From Bacteroidota bacterium (lineage in GTDB: Bacteria; Bacteroidota; Ignavibacteria; UBA10030; UBA6906): a DNA stretch of 64,000 nucleotides. Both the position numbers and the translations under genes were made by a program. Every line of letters starts with the position of its first letter. Positions within the stretch are counted from its first letter, which is position 1. Below the pieces are notes generated by a model. The model worked only from the letters and a program-made list of their open reading frames with translations, searched no databases and had not been told where the DNA came from. Where the stretch lies: the NCBI GenBank assembly GCA_046160825.1, contig JBJXHC010000097.1, positions 901-64,900 on the forward strand, written 5' to 3'. Below, piece after piece: positions 48,225 through 57,672 of the stretch.

Positions 48225-49049
48225 TTAATAAAAACCGTGAAAGCCGCTCATGTACATGTTTATGACCGTCATCGAAAGAAAGATGAACCCGAACCCTACA
48301 AGCGAGATGATCATCGTCCGACGGCCCTGCCATCCCAACTTTCGTTTGGCTGAAAGGCCAATTGCGTAGATGAACCAGATAACCAAAGACGCTATCAGTT
48401 TGGGATCGAAGTAGGAGAAGTTCTCGAAAGCGCGTGGCAACCACACCATGCCAACAAGGATTGCAATGGTAAGCATCCAAAACCCGAACACTTCGGATTT
48501 GTGGCTCATCTTTTCAAGAGTCTCAAGATTGGGAAGTCGTTTATAGATCAACCCAAAGCGCGTCGATTTGATCTCGTGGTACAACATCAGGTACAGGAGA
48601 CCGTATGCAGCCGACAACGAAATGGCAGTGTATCCAAGTAACGCGGCGGCAACATGAAATCCGAGCAAGTTGCTCCTGAGGATCGGTGCTATCTCAACAA
48701 GGTCTTTGATAAACAGCGACGAGACGCTCTGGAAGACAAGCGCCAGAATCAATATGAAAAAGCCTGTGTTGCTGGCTTGGGTTCGTATTTCAATATATGT
48801 GTAGGAAATGGCAATACAGAATGCCAACACTGTCATGATCTCGAACACCGTGGTAATCGGTGGATGATCGAACGCAACGGTTCTCAACAGAATATAGCCA
48901 AGGTGGGTCGCGACAACAACACCAAGGTATCGTGGTTTGATCAGATCGAGCGCAGGCTTGATGCCAAAGAACGACACTCCATAGACCATCACCAGTCCCG
49001 CGTAGAGAATCGGCATGAGGACAACAAGTATGTCAACCGTAAATTCCAC
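48225..49049 (-). CDS. Cytochrome c assembly family membrane protein (CcsA/HemX-like)
   Basis: 274-aa polytopic membrane protein at the head of the heme cluster, analogous to the HemX gene next to hemA in Bacillus-type hem operons. Confidence 0.65.
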   Translation of the reverse strand: MEFTVDILVVLMPILYAGLVMVYGVSFFGIKPALDLIKPRYLGVVVATHLGYILLRTVAFDHPPITTVFEIMTVLAFCIAISYTYIEIRTQASNTGFFILILALVFQSVSSLFIKDLVEIAPILRSNLLGFHVAAALLGYTAISLSAAYGLLYLMLYHEIKSTRFGLIYKRLPNLETLEKMSHKSEVFGFWMLTIAILVGMVWLPRAFENFSYFDPKLIASLVIWFIYAIGLSAKRKLGWQGRRTMIISLVGFGFIFLSMTVINMYMSGFHGFY

Positions 49050-49229
49050 TGTCGTTCAGAATCCTTGTTTGGTTTCGATCTCAAGAAAATATACGGAAAA
49101 TGGCCTACAAAAACGAAGTCCGGAATCGAATACTTCACTACGCAAGTAATGAACCAATGAACCAGAGAGTAGGATTATGCAGGGAAAACAGGGTTGTAGT
49201 TAACAAAGGCTGGAAATCACGGATGGAAT

Positions 49230-50120
49230 TTAACCGAAGGTAACCGCTCGTAAGAACGTTGCACTTCCACCGACCAGCAATCTCGTAATTTCCTCATTCT
49301 CGACAACAAGGTTGACGATGATCTTGCTTGGAGAAGGTGGTCGCATGAACTGGCCCTGCTTGATAATGTAACGTTGCTTCTTGACACCAAGAACGTCATG
49401 CAGATAACAGGCAAGCGGACCTGCGGCCATTCCGGTAGCAGATTCTTCCGGAATACCGTACGCGGGACCGAACATCCTCGCGACAGCATCTCCATGTTCG
49501 CCACCTCCTTGAGTCGTAAACGCGTAGTATCCCACAAGATCAAGTAACTTGCTGATCCTCTCCACGCTACCGAATTCAGGTCGTATCTTCGCCAGGGTCT
49601 CTTCGTTGCGCAAAGGAATCAGGAGAAAATTATTACCGGTGTTCGCGATGATGGGGAACAGATTGTCAGGAAGGTTGGCGGAATTAAGAAACAATGAATC
49701 CATAACCAAATGAGTATTGACACCTGGTGTCTGTGGGCCCACAACCGTGTATCGCGGAGCTGTTTGTTCCATGAACGTGAGATTATCTGTCAGATAAATA
49801 TTACGGATCCCATCAACGGTCTCTTTGGAGCTTTTGGTTTTCTTGAGCAATCCTTTTTGAGCAAGGAAGGAGAACGTTGCGATTGTGGCGTGACCACAAT
49901 GTGGGATTTGTTCCGTGGGTGTAAAGAACTCAAGCTTGTAGTCTGCTACCGTGGATGATGAGACAAACGCCGTTTCAGAAAGGCCCACCTTCGCGGCAAT
50001 TGTCTGTCGCTCCTGTTTGCTGTACTTCTCGGCATCAAGCACCACTCCGGCAGGGTTGCCCCCAACGCCATCATCGACAAAGGCACTTAGAATGTGTACT
50101 GTGGCAGGCTTCAATAACAT
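49230..50120 (-). CDS. PhzF-family isomerase
   Basis: 296 aa. FVDDGVGGNPAGVV..., LSETAFV and FFTP..IPHCGHATIA. Confidence 0.8.
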   Translation of the reverse strand: MLLKPATVHILSAFVDDGVGGNPAGVVLDAEKYSKQERQTIAAKVGLSETAFVSSSTVADYKLEFFTPTEQIPHCGHATIATFSFLAQKGLLKKTKSSKETVDGIRNIYLTDNLTFMEQTAPRYTVVGPQTPGVNTHLVMDSLFLNSANLPDNLFPIIANTGNNFLLIPLRNEETLAKIRPEFGSVERISKLLDLVGYYAFTTQGGGEHGDAVARMFGPAYGIPEESATGMAAGPLACYLHDVLGVKKQRYIIKQGQFMRPPSPSKIIVNLVVENEEITRLLVGGSATFLRAVTFG

Positions 50121-50144
50121 GTGGTGTGTCTCCTGAACACCGGA

Positions 50145-52037
50145 TCACTCCTCCAGCGTTGTAAGGTTTCCCGGATCTTGTCCAAGCGCTTTTGCTTTGA
50201 GGACACGACGCATGATCTTGCCGCTACGGGTCTTGGGGAGCGAATCGACGATCTGGATTTGTTCAGGCTTTGCAATCGGACCAAGCTCGTGTGCGATGTG
50301 GTTGCGGAGTTCTTCAATTAATCCGTCGTGTGTTTTCGTTCCGGCTCTGAGTATGACGTACGCATGAATCGCATTGCCCTTCACTTCGTGTGGAAGACCA
50401 ATAGCTGCGGCTTCGGCAACGGCAGAGTGACTCACCAATGCACTTTCGATCTCAGCTGTCCCTAACCGGTATCCCGATACCTTGATCACGTCATCCACCC
50501 GACCGATCACCCAGTAGTAACCGTCTTCATCGCGACGTGCCGAATCCCCCGTGAGGTATACGCCGGGGAATTTTCCCCAGTACTGACTTACATAGCGATC
50601 AGGATCGTTATAGATTGTGCGCAGCATTGCCGGCCAGGGAGTCTTGATGACGAGAAACCCCTCCTCGTTTGGGGCAACCGGATTTCCTTCTTCGTTGTAG
50701 ATGTCCATTTTCACGCCAGGGAAAGGGCGGGTTCCCGATCCAGGCTTGAGCGGGACACACGGCATGGGCGTAATCATGAACATGCCTGTTTCGGTCTGCC
50801 ACCACGTGTCCATGATCGGACAATTGTTCTTGCCGATGATGCGATGATACCACTTCCATGCCTCGGGGTTAATCGGCTCTCCGACAGAACCAAGCAACCG
50901 TAGCGAAGAGAGATCGTGCCTGTTGGGCCACGCCTCGCCGAAACGCATCAGTCCGCGGATGGCAGTGGGTGCTGTGTAGAGGATATTGATTCCGTACTTC
51001 TCGATCATCTGCCACCATCGGTTTGGATAAGGATATGTCGGTGCGCCTTCGTACATGAACGACGTCGTCCCATTAAGCAGGGGTCCATACACAATGTAGC
51101 TGTGTCCGGTGATCCATCCGGGATCGGCGGCGCACCAGTAGCGATCCTCTTCGTGGATATCAAATACATACTTTAGCGTGGTGTACGTACCGACCATATA
51201 ACCGCCGTGTGTATGTAATATCGCCTTGGGTTTCCCCGTTGTTCCTGAAGTGTAGAGAAGAAAGAGTGGATGCTCGGCGTCAACCTCTTCCACCGGACAA
51301 ACACTGTTGGCAATGGGTAGCGCCATCAGTTCATGGTACCACATGTCGCGGCCTGGCTCCATGTTCACCGACTCGCCTGTCCGTTTGACCACGAGAACAC
51401 TTTCCACCGAGGCTGCCCGTTGCAAAGCCTCGTCCGCAATTTGCTTCAGCGGAACGATCTTGCCGCGTTGAAACGCTCCGTCGCATGTGATAAGCACTTT
51501 GGAATGACTGTCCTCAATCCGCTCCGCCAATGCCTCAACAGTGAAGCCGCCGTAGACCACAGAATGAACCGCACCGATACGTGCGCAGGCAAGCATGGCA
51601 ATCGGCAACTCGGGCACACGTCCCATGTAGATGGTGACCCGGTCACCCTTCTGGACACCGAGACTCTTCAAGATGTTTGCAAACTTGCAGGTCTCGCGAC
51701 GCAGTGCGAAATACGAGAAAGAACGGAACTCTCCCTTCTCCCCTTCCCATAACAGCGCGAGTTTATTCCGGCGGGCGGTTGCGGTATGTCTGTCGAGGCA
51801 ATTGTGGACGATATTCGTTTTGCCTCCGACGAACCATTGATAGAACGGCTTCTTCGAATCGTCCAGCACTTTCTTCCAGGGCGCAAACCAATGGAGTTCA
51901 TTTGCTTCCTTTGTCCAGAATCCTTCCAGATCCTTTTCTGCAAACGAAGCAAGATCGGCCCACTTTTTTACATGGGACAGACGCAAAGTCTCTTCTGATG
52001 GGTAGAATACTTCGCCGGAGAGTTTGTTCTCAGACAT
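50145..52037 (-). CDS. acs: Acetyl-CoA synthetase (acetate--CoA ligase)
   Basis: 630 aa. [13 protein letters not shown] (AMP-binding motif), [20 protein letters not shown] and [11 protein letters not shown]. Confidence 0.95.
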   Translation of the reverse strand: MSENKLSGEVFYPSEETLRLSHVKKWADLASFAEKDLEGFWTKEANELHWFAPWKKVLDDSKKPFYQWFVGGKTNIVHNCLDRHTATARRNKLALLWEGEKGEFRSFSYFALRRETCKFANILKSLGVQKGDRVTIYMGRVPELPIAMLACARIGAVHSVVYGGFTVEALAERIEDSHSKVLITCDGAFQRGKIVPLKQIADEALQRAASVESVLVVKRTGESVNMEPGRDMWYHELMALPIANSVCPVEEVDAEHPLFLLYTSGTTGKPKAILHTHGGYMVGTYTTLKYVFDIHEEDRYWCAADPGWITGHSYIVYGPLLNGTTSFMYEGAPTYPYPNRWWQMIEKYGINILYTAPTAIRGLMRFGEAWPNRHDLSSLRLLGSVGEPINPEAWKWYHRIIGKNNCPIMDTWWQTETGMFMITPMPCVPLKPGSGTRPFPGVKMDIYNEEGNPVAPNEEGFLVIKTPWPAMLRTIYNDPDRYVSQYWGKFPGVYLTGDSARRDEDGYYWVIGRVDDVIKVSGYRLGTAEIESALVSHSAVAEAAAIGLPHEVKGNAIHAYVILRAGTKTHDGLIEELRNHIAHELGPIAKPEQIQIVDSLPKTRSGKIMRRVLKAKALGQDPGNLTTLEE

Positions 52038-52209
52038 CAGGTACTCCTATCGGGATAGTGCTGTGGAAGGCATAAAGGTTCGGACACCGGATCAATATTG
52101 AAAACACGGTACTGAAAAGCAACAACGTGATGACGGCGAACAATACAATTCACTGGTAACTGTCGCCCCAAATTGGTACCCTGGTGCAGTTTTCAAACAG
52201 AGGTGTTTC

Positions 52210-52395
52210 ATGGAAGTCGAGACTTCATTCACATGCGTCTATTGTTTCAGCGTTAACGAAACAATGGTGGATACCACCGGTGGAATGCAACAGGTGTACG
52301 TCGAGGACTGTCAGGTATGTTGTCGCCCCAACCAACTCACTATCACTGTGGGAGAGGACCTGGGTACTGCCGAGATTGTTGCAGAACCGCTATAG
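52210..52395 (+). CDS. CPXCG-motif cysteine-rich small protein
   Basis: 61 aa. C-x-x-C (CVYC) followed by YVEDCQVCCRPN, characteristic of the CPXCG family. Confidence 0.65.
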   Translation: MEVETSFTCVYCFSVNETMVDTTGGMQQVYVEDCQVCCRPNQLTITVGEDLGTAEIVAEPL

Positions 52396-52398
52396 TCC

Positions 52399-53910
52399 TT
52401 ATTTTTCGTTGAACGAAAACGCCTCTCCATCACCAGAGACCGACAGCATCAGGTCAAACATCAAGTGGCGATATTGAAGATCGGTGACTGCATGGAAGAA
52501 CTTCATAACATTCTGCGGCTGTACTTCGTAGGAGGCCTTGAGAATGGACTTCCACTCCTCCGACGAACCACTCCCTAAACTCACAATCTCATCGATGTCG
52601 CCACGGTCAGCTATGACCTTCAGTTCTTCGTGGACAGATTCGGCAAGACGTTTTTCCCGATGCAACATGCGTTCGAGCATTTTGATGTCGTACTTCTTCG
52701 GCATCGGCATTTTTGAGTAGGAGACTCGCTCGACACCGCGACCTTTTCTGGGGGGAGGCGCAGTGTCCGAACCGACAACCTGTGCTATCCTGCCGTCAAG
52801 AACCTGGAGATTCAACACCCACCACTTGGTCGCAAGCAGAGTTTCCAATGTCTCCACGATCTCATTCTTGTGTTCATCGATTTGCCCCATCAAATCATCC
52901 CTGCCACGAGCGATGACCCCGAATTGGAACGGCAGGATGATACCGTGCATACGAAGATCGTTCAGTATCGATTCGTGTGCCCCCTGAAACTGCAATGACT
53001 CCTGTTTCCCGAGAAGAAGCATTCCGGTCTTGCTGATATTCATCACGGTGGGGAGGATTTTGCTGAGATAAAACCGAAGCCCTTCGTAGTCGAATGCGAA
53101 AATAAAGCCACGAGGATCAATCCCCTTCTCTTCCAGCATGAACGGCGTTTCCGCATGTGGTTCATGTTCCGGAATCAGAGAAACACCGTGAAGATAGACA
53201 ACGTCATCATCCGAGAAATCAGTCGCAGTTCGCAACTCACTTACGTTTGCAACAACACCCGCATCATCTTCCTCGCGTTCCTCGACCTCCTGCTCCACAA
53301 TCTCATCCTCTTCTTCCTTGATGCTCACTACCTCCGGTATCGGGGGAGGAGTGATGCGCTGTTCTTCGATATGTTTTGGCTCCTGCGAGCGCTTCGCCTT
53401 CTTCAATTCCTGTTCGATGTCTCCCCAGAAGGGTTCCTTGGTAGCTGGTCGTGATGGTTCCTTCTTCTCCTCGATCTTTGGGAGTTCAACCTTGGGAGGT
53501 TCGATCTTTGGTTCCACTCGTGGCGCTACGGTTTCTATATGCTGTGGGTCCTTTGGAGGAATAACCGGTGAGGGTTTGGGTTCTGCCGGTTTTGCTGATG
53601 GAGCAGGAGATAACGGCTCCGTGATACGTGGACGAGATTCAACCGGTTGTTGCGACTTTACTTCGTTGGGAGGTTCGCGATGAACGGGCGCGGTAGCGGC
53701 CGGGACTTTGCCTTTGAGTACTTCCACTGCCTCAAGGCGATGCCGTGTAATCAATTGCTCGATGTCGCCGACAAGCTTCTCGACAACTTCATCTACGGGC
53801 AAGGACGACATGTCGCCAAGCATACGCTTGACGTTTTCACGCTCTGAGAGTTGCTCGAAAAGCTCTTGCAAAAGCAACTCTGCCATTCGTTCTTTGGAAC
53901 GTTCTTTCAT
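52399..53910 (-). CDS. GvpL/GvpF-like domain protein with a long Pro/Glu/Lys-rich N-terminal region
   Basis: The C-terminal ~270 aa show a GvpL/GvpF-like pattern: VVYLHGV...FAFDYEGLRFYLSKI...HESILNDLRMHGIILPFQFGVIAR...TLETLLATKWWVLNLQV...LMLSVSGDGEAFSF. Called from memory of the family pattern. The N-terminal ~230 aa are low complexity (PKVELPKIEEKKEP and similar). Confidence 0.5.
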   Translation of the reverse strand: MKERSKERMAELLLQELFEQLSERENVKRMLGDMSSLPVDEVVEKLVGDIEQLITRHRLEAVEVLKGKVPAATAPVHREPPNEVKSQQPVESRPRITEPLSPAPSAKPAEPKPSPVIPPKDPQHIETVAPRVEPKIEPPKVELPKIEEKKEPSRPATKEPFWGDIEQELKKAKRSQEPKHIEEQRITPPPIPEVVSIKEEEDEIVEQEVEEREEDDAGVVANVSELRTATDFSDDDVVYLHGVSLIPEHEPHAETPFMLEEKGIDPRGFIFAFDYEGLRFYLSKILPTVMNISKTGMLLLGKQESLQFQGAHESILNDLRMHGIILPFQFGVIARGRDDLMGQIDEHKNEIVETLETLLATKWWVLNLQVLDGRIAQVVGSDTAPPPRKGRGVERVSYSKMPMPKKYDIKMLERMLHREKRLAESVHEELKVIADRGDIDEIVSLGSGSSEEWKSILKASYEVQPQNVMKFFHAVTDLQYRHLMFDLMLSVSGDGEAFSFNEK

Positions 53911-54001
53911 CTGCTCCCACGATTAAAATGCAGCGAAAAATCAGTCCAAAGATAACGATTGGAGGTACAAACTTCAATTCTGACTTTTTATTGCTTGTTG
54001 G

Positions 54002-54547
54002 CTATTTCTTTAATCTGACATCTTTCCTGCAACGCAGCATGCCATCTTCTTCACGTTCAAGGGGACGAATCGTCCCGAATGTTCCCAACTTTCGAGAATC
54101 TCCAACAGCCCTCTCAGTCAGAAACGGATCACCTTCAAACATAAGTTCGTCATATTGTTTTGAGTACCCCATACCTGAAAGTACATAGTGAACATGAGCG
54201 GGATTCCGTGTTGATGGGTACGACCCCGGTTTGATCGTTCGGTATTTATACTCCCCGTTGGCATTTGTTTTCATGGTCCCCTGTAAGCGGGGATCACCCG
54301 GCCCGTCTGATTTCCGGCGGTAGTTTCCTTCAGTGTCTGTGTGATAAACATGGACAATAATTCCAGGTACCGGGGTTGTTCCATCTTCTGCATAGACCGT
54401 TCCGTGGACAATCATTGGCTCGCCGGGTTCATCTTTTCCGCCAATTACTATTCCCGCGGAGATTTCCTTCTGGTTTCCACCAGAAGAAGCCTTGAGCGCA
54501 CCGATCCCAAAGGATACCATAGCAAGAACGAAAATAATGGTCTTCAT
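54002..54547 (-). CDS. Secreted intradiol ring-cleavage dioxygenase-like protein
   Basis: Signal peptide. GTVYAEDGTTPVPGIIVHVYHTDTEGNY...ANGEYKYRTIKPGSYP...AHVHY resembles the dioxygenase C-terminal beta-sandwich. Confidence 0.6.
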   Translation of the reverse strand: MKTIIFVLAMVSFGIGALKASSGGNQKEISAGIVIGGKDEPGEPMIVHGTVYAEDGTTPVPGIIVHVYHTDTEGNYRRKSDGPGDPRLQGTMKTNANGEYKYRTIKPGSYPSTRNPAHVHYVLSGMGYSKQYDELMFEGDPFLTERAVGDSRKLGTFGTIRPLEREEDGMLRCRKDVRLKK

Positions 54548-54569
54548 ATTTCTCCCATTCTAAAGTGAG

Positions 54570-55172
54570 TTACCGGCGGGCCGATGCTCCGCCGCTTGCA
54601 GCTCCTATCATCATGTGAATCGTAACCTCGTTCCCGATCATCGTCATCCCCGGAGCAATACCATAATCATTACGGTCAATCGTGAACGTGGTTTCAAAGC
54701 CGATCAGTTCTCCAATATCTCCGACCTTTGTGGTTCCCAAAATTCTCACGGGCACCGTGATGCGTTTGGTGATGTCCCGTATCGTAAAATCGCCCGTTAC
54801 AAGCAGCGTGTCTTTGCCGCCCGATCGTGCGCTTGTGCTTTTGAATGTCATGAGGGGATAGCGCGCCGAATGGAGGAGATCAGGTGACTTGATTGCACCA
54901 TCACGATCACCGTTTCGACTATCGACGCTTCCCGTCTTGATGCTGAAGTCAACGGCAGTTGCCGATGGCTGGCCCGCATCATACGTAATTGATCCGGAAT
55001 AGTCACGAAACCTTCCTTCCTCTTTGAATACAACCCATTTGTAGATGGTGAAACCTATGTTCGAATCTTCAGCGCGCACGTGATATGTCGTGGGCTTCGC
55101 AAGAATGGATGAAGAAGTGGCGACAAATACGGCTGCAACGATAATAATACTGAACATGCGATGTGCAAGCAT
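54570..55172 (-). CDS. YceI-family periplasmic (polyisoprenoid-binding) protein
   Basis: Signal peptide. SNIGFTIYKW...GRFRDYSGSITYD...SVDSRNGDRDGAIKSPDLL...YPLMTFKS. Confidence 0.8.
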   Translation of the reverse strand: MLAHRMFSIIIVAAVFVATSSSILAKPTTYHVRAEDSNIGFTIYKWVVFKEEGRFRDYSGSITYDAGQPSATAVDFSIKTGSVDSRNGDRDGAIKSPDLLHSARYPLMTFKSTSARSGGKDTLLVTGDFTIRDITKRITVPVRILGTTKVGDIGELIGFETTFTIDRNDYGIAPGMTMIGNEVTIHMMIGAASGGASARR

Positions 55173-55284
55173 ACGTCCTCCTGAGGTGAGTGAAAATCAA
55201 CCGGCGTTCGTAAAGTAAGATACCGCTGGAGCAGCGAGGGTTTGAATGGAACGAGAAGGGATCCGAAATAAAAAAACCGGGGAA

Positions 55285-56403
55285 TTACATTGACCACCAA
55301 TGCGCGTCAAGCCCCAGTTCTTCGGACCAGGCTTGCACCATTTTTTTATCTCCCTCGATGATACCGTTGCACGTAACGCCCTTCGGAGGAGGCGCAAGTA
55401 CGGCGAGGCGGTTATAGATCCGCACACGATCACCGGCGTGCGTTCGAGAGAGAAGATGGAACAGTGTTACCGCGTCTTTCGGACGGGCTTCGTCAATAAG
55501 AATCTGAAGCGTCGTCTGGGACGGGCTTGCAAAATCAAACTCAGAAATTGCATGCTTGAAGCGTGGCGTGGCATCGTCATAGTAAGGCGTACCAGGCCCG
55601 ATACCGGGACGCGTCTCGCATTGTGCCCCGGCAGGAATAATGGATGAACGACCCGCAAGTTCCAACGCAACCCATCCGGCGGTCACCTTGAGTATCCCGC
55701 CTCCATTGTCATCAACTTGTAATGTGTAGGCACATCCAAGATCAATCGCCGTTGCCGAGGGGGTTTCCACAAAGAAAAGGCGCGGGGGTGCCCAGATAGT
55801 CGCGCGGATCGTCCCTTTTGCCAGTGCGATGCGATGGTCGGACGACTTGGATTCGATGAGCCGCAAACGCGTGTTCGGCTCAATTTCTAATTCACCAATC
55901 GTTCCAACATCCAGCTTTGCTCGTGATGTAGCGTCAGTTTCCAGCCAATCCCCCACTCCAAGCTCTGCGATTTCGTCCATCAGGTTGGACCCAATGACCG
56001 GCATGCCTTCGAGCCTGGCAACTTTCCAGGAGGGACTGGTAAAGAGCACACTCGCCCAGAAAGCTCCTCCAATGACAATCACGACGCTTGCAGCGAGAGT
56101 GAGACGCTTGGTCCAACCAAATCGTCTTCGCGGCATGTTACCAATTGCAGAGCTTGCGGGATGATGAAGAATATTGGAATGCTCTGCTTCAATCTGCGCC
56201 GAGATTCCCGGCCAGAGATCACGCGGAGGAGTGAGGCTGCTGGGAAGCTCGCGGACATCATCGCGCAAGATACGCAGATGCTTCATCTCATTGCGGCAGC
56301 GGATGCACTCTGCAAGGTGTGCCTCAACGCGGTGACGTTGTTCAACGCTCAAAACGCCATCCAGGTAATCGTGCAGGTGTTCTTCGGTTTCGTGGATGCT
56401 CAT
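55285..56403 (-). CDS. Anti-sigma factor (zf-HC2 N-terminus, TM helix, FecR-like periplasmic domain)
   Basis: Start ATG 56403 overlaps the sigma-factor stop (ATGA). HLAECIRCRNEM is a zinc-finger-type anti-sigma motif. It is followed by a TM helix (LTLAASVVIVIGGAFWASVLF). Confidence 0.75.
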   Translation of the reverse strand: MSIHETEEHLHDYLDGVLSVEQRHRVEAHLAECIRCRNEMKHLRILRDDVRELPSSLTPPRDLWPGISAQIEAEHSNILHHPASSAIGNMPRRRFGWTKRLTLAASVVIVIGGAFWASVLFTSPSWKVARLEGMPVIGSNLMDEIAELGVGDWLETDATSRAKLDVGTIGELEIEPNTRLRLIESKSSDHRIALAKGTIRATIWAPPRLFFVETPSATAIDLGCAYTLQVDDNGGGILKVTAGWVALELAGRSSIIPAGAQCETRPGIGPGTPYYDDATPRFKHAISEFDFASPSQTTLQILIDEARPKDAVTLFHLLSRTHAGDRVRIYNRLAVLAPPPKGVTCNGIIEGDKKMVQAWSEELGLDAHWWSM

Positions 56404-56963
56404 CGTCCCAATGCCTCCCTCAACAATTTGCGTGCCCGGTGGAGTTGCGCTTTGCACGTTCCGGTGGCAAGACCCATCCGTTCTGCAATCTCGTCATGTC
56501 GATAGCCTTCAATGTCATGAAGAACCAGAATAGCCCTTGCTTGCGGCGGCAACGCACCAATGGCCTTTTCGATGTCCATCGCAGATTCAGGTGATGACTG
56601 ATGAGCACCAACATCCGGAAGTTCTTCCATCACCATGACTCTTCCCGTCCTCCGCCGCTCGCTTCGAAGATCCACCAACACCACATTGACGGTGACACGA
56701 TGAAGCCAGGATGCGAAGGCGCTCTCCCAACGAAACGAGCCGATCATCTGCCAGACGCGGACAAAGACATCCTGGGTTAACTCGGCGGCGCGGTCGCTGT
56801 CGGCAATGATCCGAAGACAAAGCGCGTACACACGGCCAGCATGCCCGCGATAGAGCAACTCAAATGCTGCTTTGTCGCCGGTCTGTGCCCTGCGTACGAG
56901 CTCGTCTGTGCTTTCGTGCTGTTCCGGCCCCAGGAGGGACTCCCGTTGTGCCACGCTCACCAT
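56400..56963 (-). CDS. ECF-type RNA polymerase sigma-70 family factor
   Basis: 187 aa. Region 2 (FELLYRGHAGRVYALCLRI...AAELTQDVFVRVW) and region 4 (ILVLHDIEGYRHDEIAERMGLATGTCKAQLHRARKLL). Confidence 0.9.
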   Translation of the reverse strand: MVSVAQRESLLGPEQHESTDELVRRAQTGDKAAFELLYRGHAGRVYALCLRIIADSDRAAELTQDVFVRVWQMIGSFRWESAFASWLHRVTVNVVLVDLRSERRRTGRVMVMEELPDVGAHQSSPESAMDIEKAIGALPPQARAILVLHDIEGYRHDEIAERMGLATGTCKAQLHRARKLLREALGR

Positions 56964-57121
56964 GATGTGCCTGATTAACGGTTGTAAGATACCGGTCAGG
57001 TGAAAAGGGTTTGAATAGGATTCCAGAAAAGTTAACTGATTTGGTGCAGTACGGCAATACTTCAGCCATGTCTTTCAGGGATCATCCTGAACGATTTCAT
57101 TATTTTCCAGTAGAAACACAA

Positions 57122-57145
57122 ACAGGCGCCTCACTGGACGCCTGT
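57122..57145 (-). terminator. Hairpin downstream of the bacilliredoxin gene (candidate intrinsic terminator)
   Basis: acaggcg-N10-cgcctgt forms a 7-bp stem. It is flanked by T-rich runs on both strands (ttgtgtttct on minus, cgtgttttt on plus). Confidence 0.45.
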
Positions 57146-57171
57146 CGTGTTTTTAGAGAAGGATGCAGAAT

Positions 57172-57618
57172 TTATTGCGCAGGCGTGGTTTCCGTCTTCG
57201 TGCTCAGTTCTTTCAATGTCTCAATCAGATGCTGCGAAATCTGAAGCGCATCGCGGCTTTCAATCTGGAACCGCGGAACGAAATGCACAAGTTGGCCATC
57301 CTTGAAGAATGCCATTGCCGGCGATGACGGCGGGATATTCCCCATAATCTCCCTGAGTCTGGCCGTTGCTTCAACATCACCGCCCGCGAATACCGTCGTC
57401 AGGTGGTCCGGCTTGAAGGGCGATTGCTTTAACGCCATCGCGATACCGGGACGCGCTTTGCCAGCCGCGCATCCGCAAACCGAGTTGACGACAATGAAGT
57501 TCAATCCCTTGTCCTCGTTGATTGATTTGTCGACTGCGGCGGGTGTATTCAATTCTCTGAACCCAATTCTTGTCAGTTCATCTCGAAATGGTTGGATCAT
57601 TACTGGATCATATCTCAT
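57172..57618 (-). CDS. Bacilliredoxin (BrxA/BrxB, YphP/YqiW family)
   Basis: 148 aa. MRYDPVMIQPFRDELT..GF.EL and the redox motif VVNSVCGCAAG. Confidence 0.8.
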   Translation of the reverse strand: MRYDPVMIQPFRDELTRIGFRELNTPAAVDKSINEDKGLNFIVVNSVCGCAAGKARPGIAMALKQSPFKPDHLTTVFAGGDVEATARLREIMGNIPPSSPAMAFFKDGQLVHFVPRFQIESRDALQISQHLIETLKELSTKTETTPAQ

Positions 57619-57672
57619 TGCTTCATCTCCATAAAAATCTGTGCATGAATTTGGAACTCTACCTTCTACAAC

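Noticed and set aside
52399-54001. Possibility of a gas-vesicle gene cluster around the GvpL/GvpF-like gene
   Set aside because: No GvpA-like small hydrophobic protein, GvpN AAA+ protein or other gvp genes occur within the flanking 10 kb. Only the single orphan homolog is reported.
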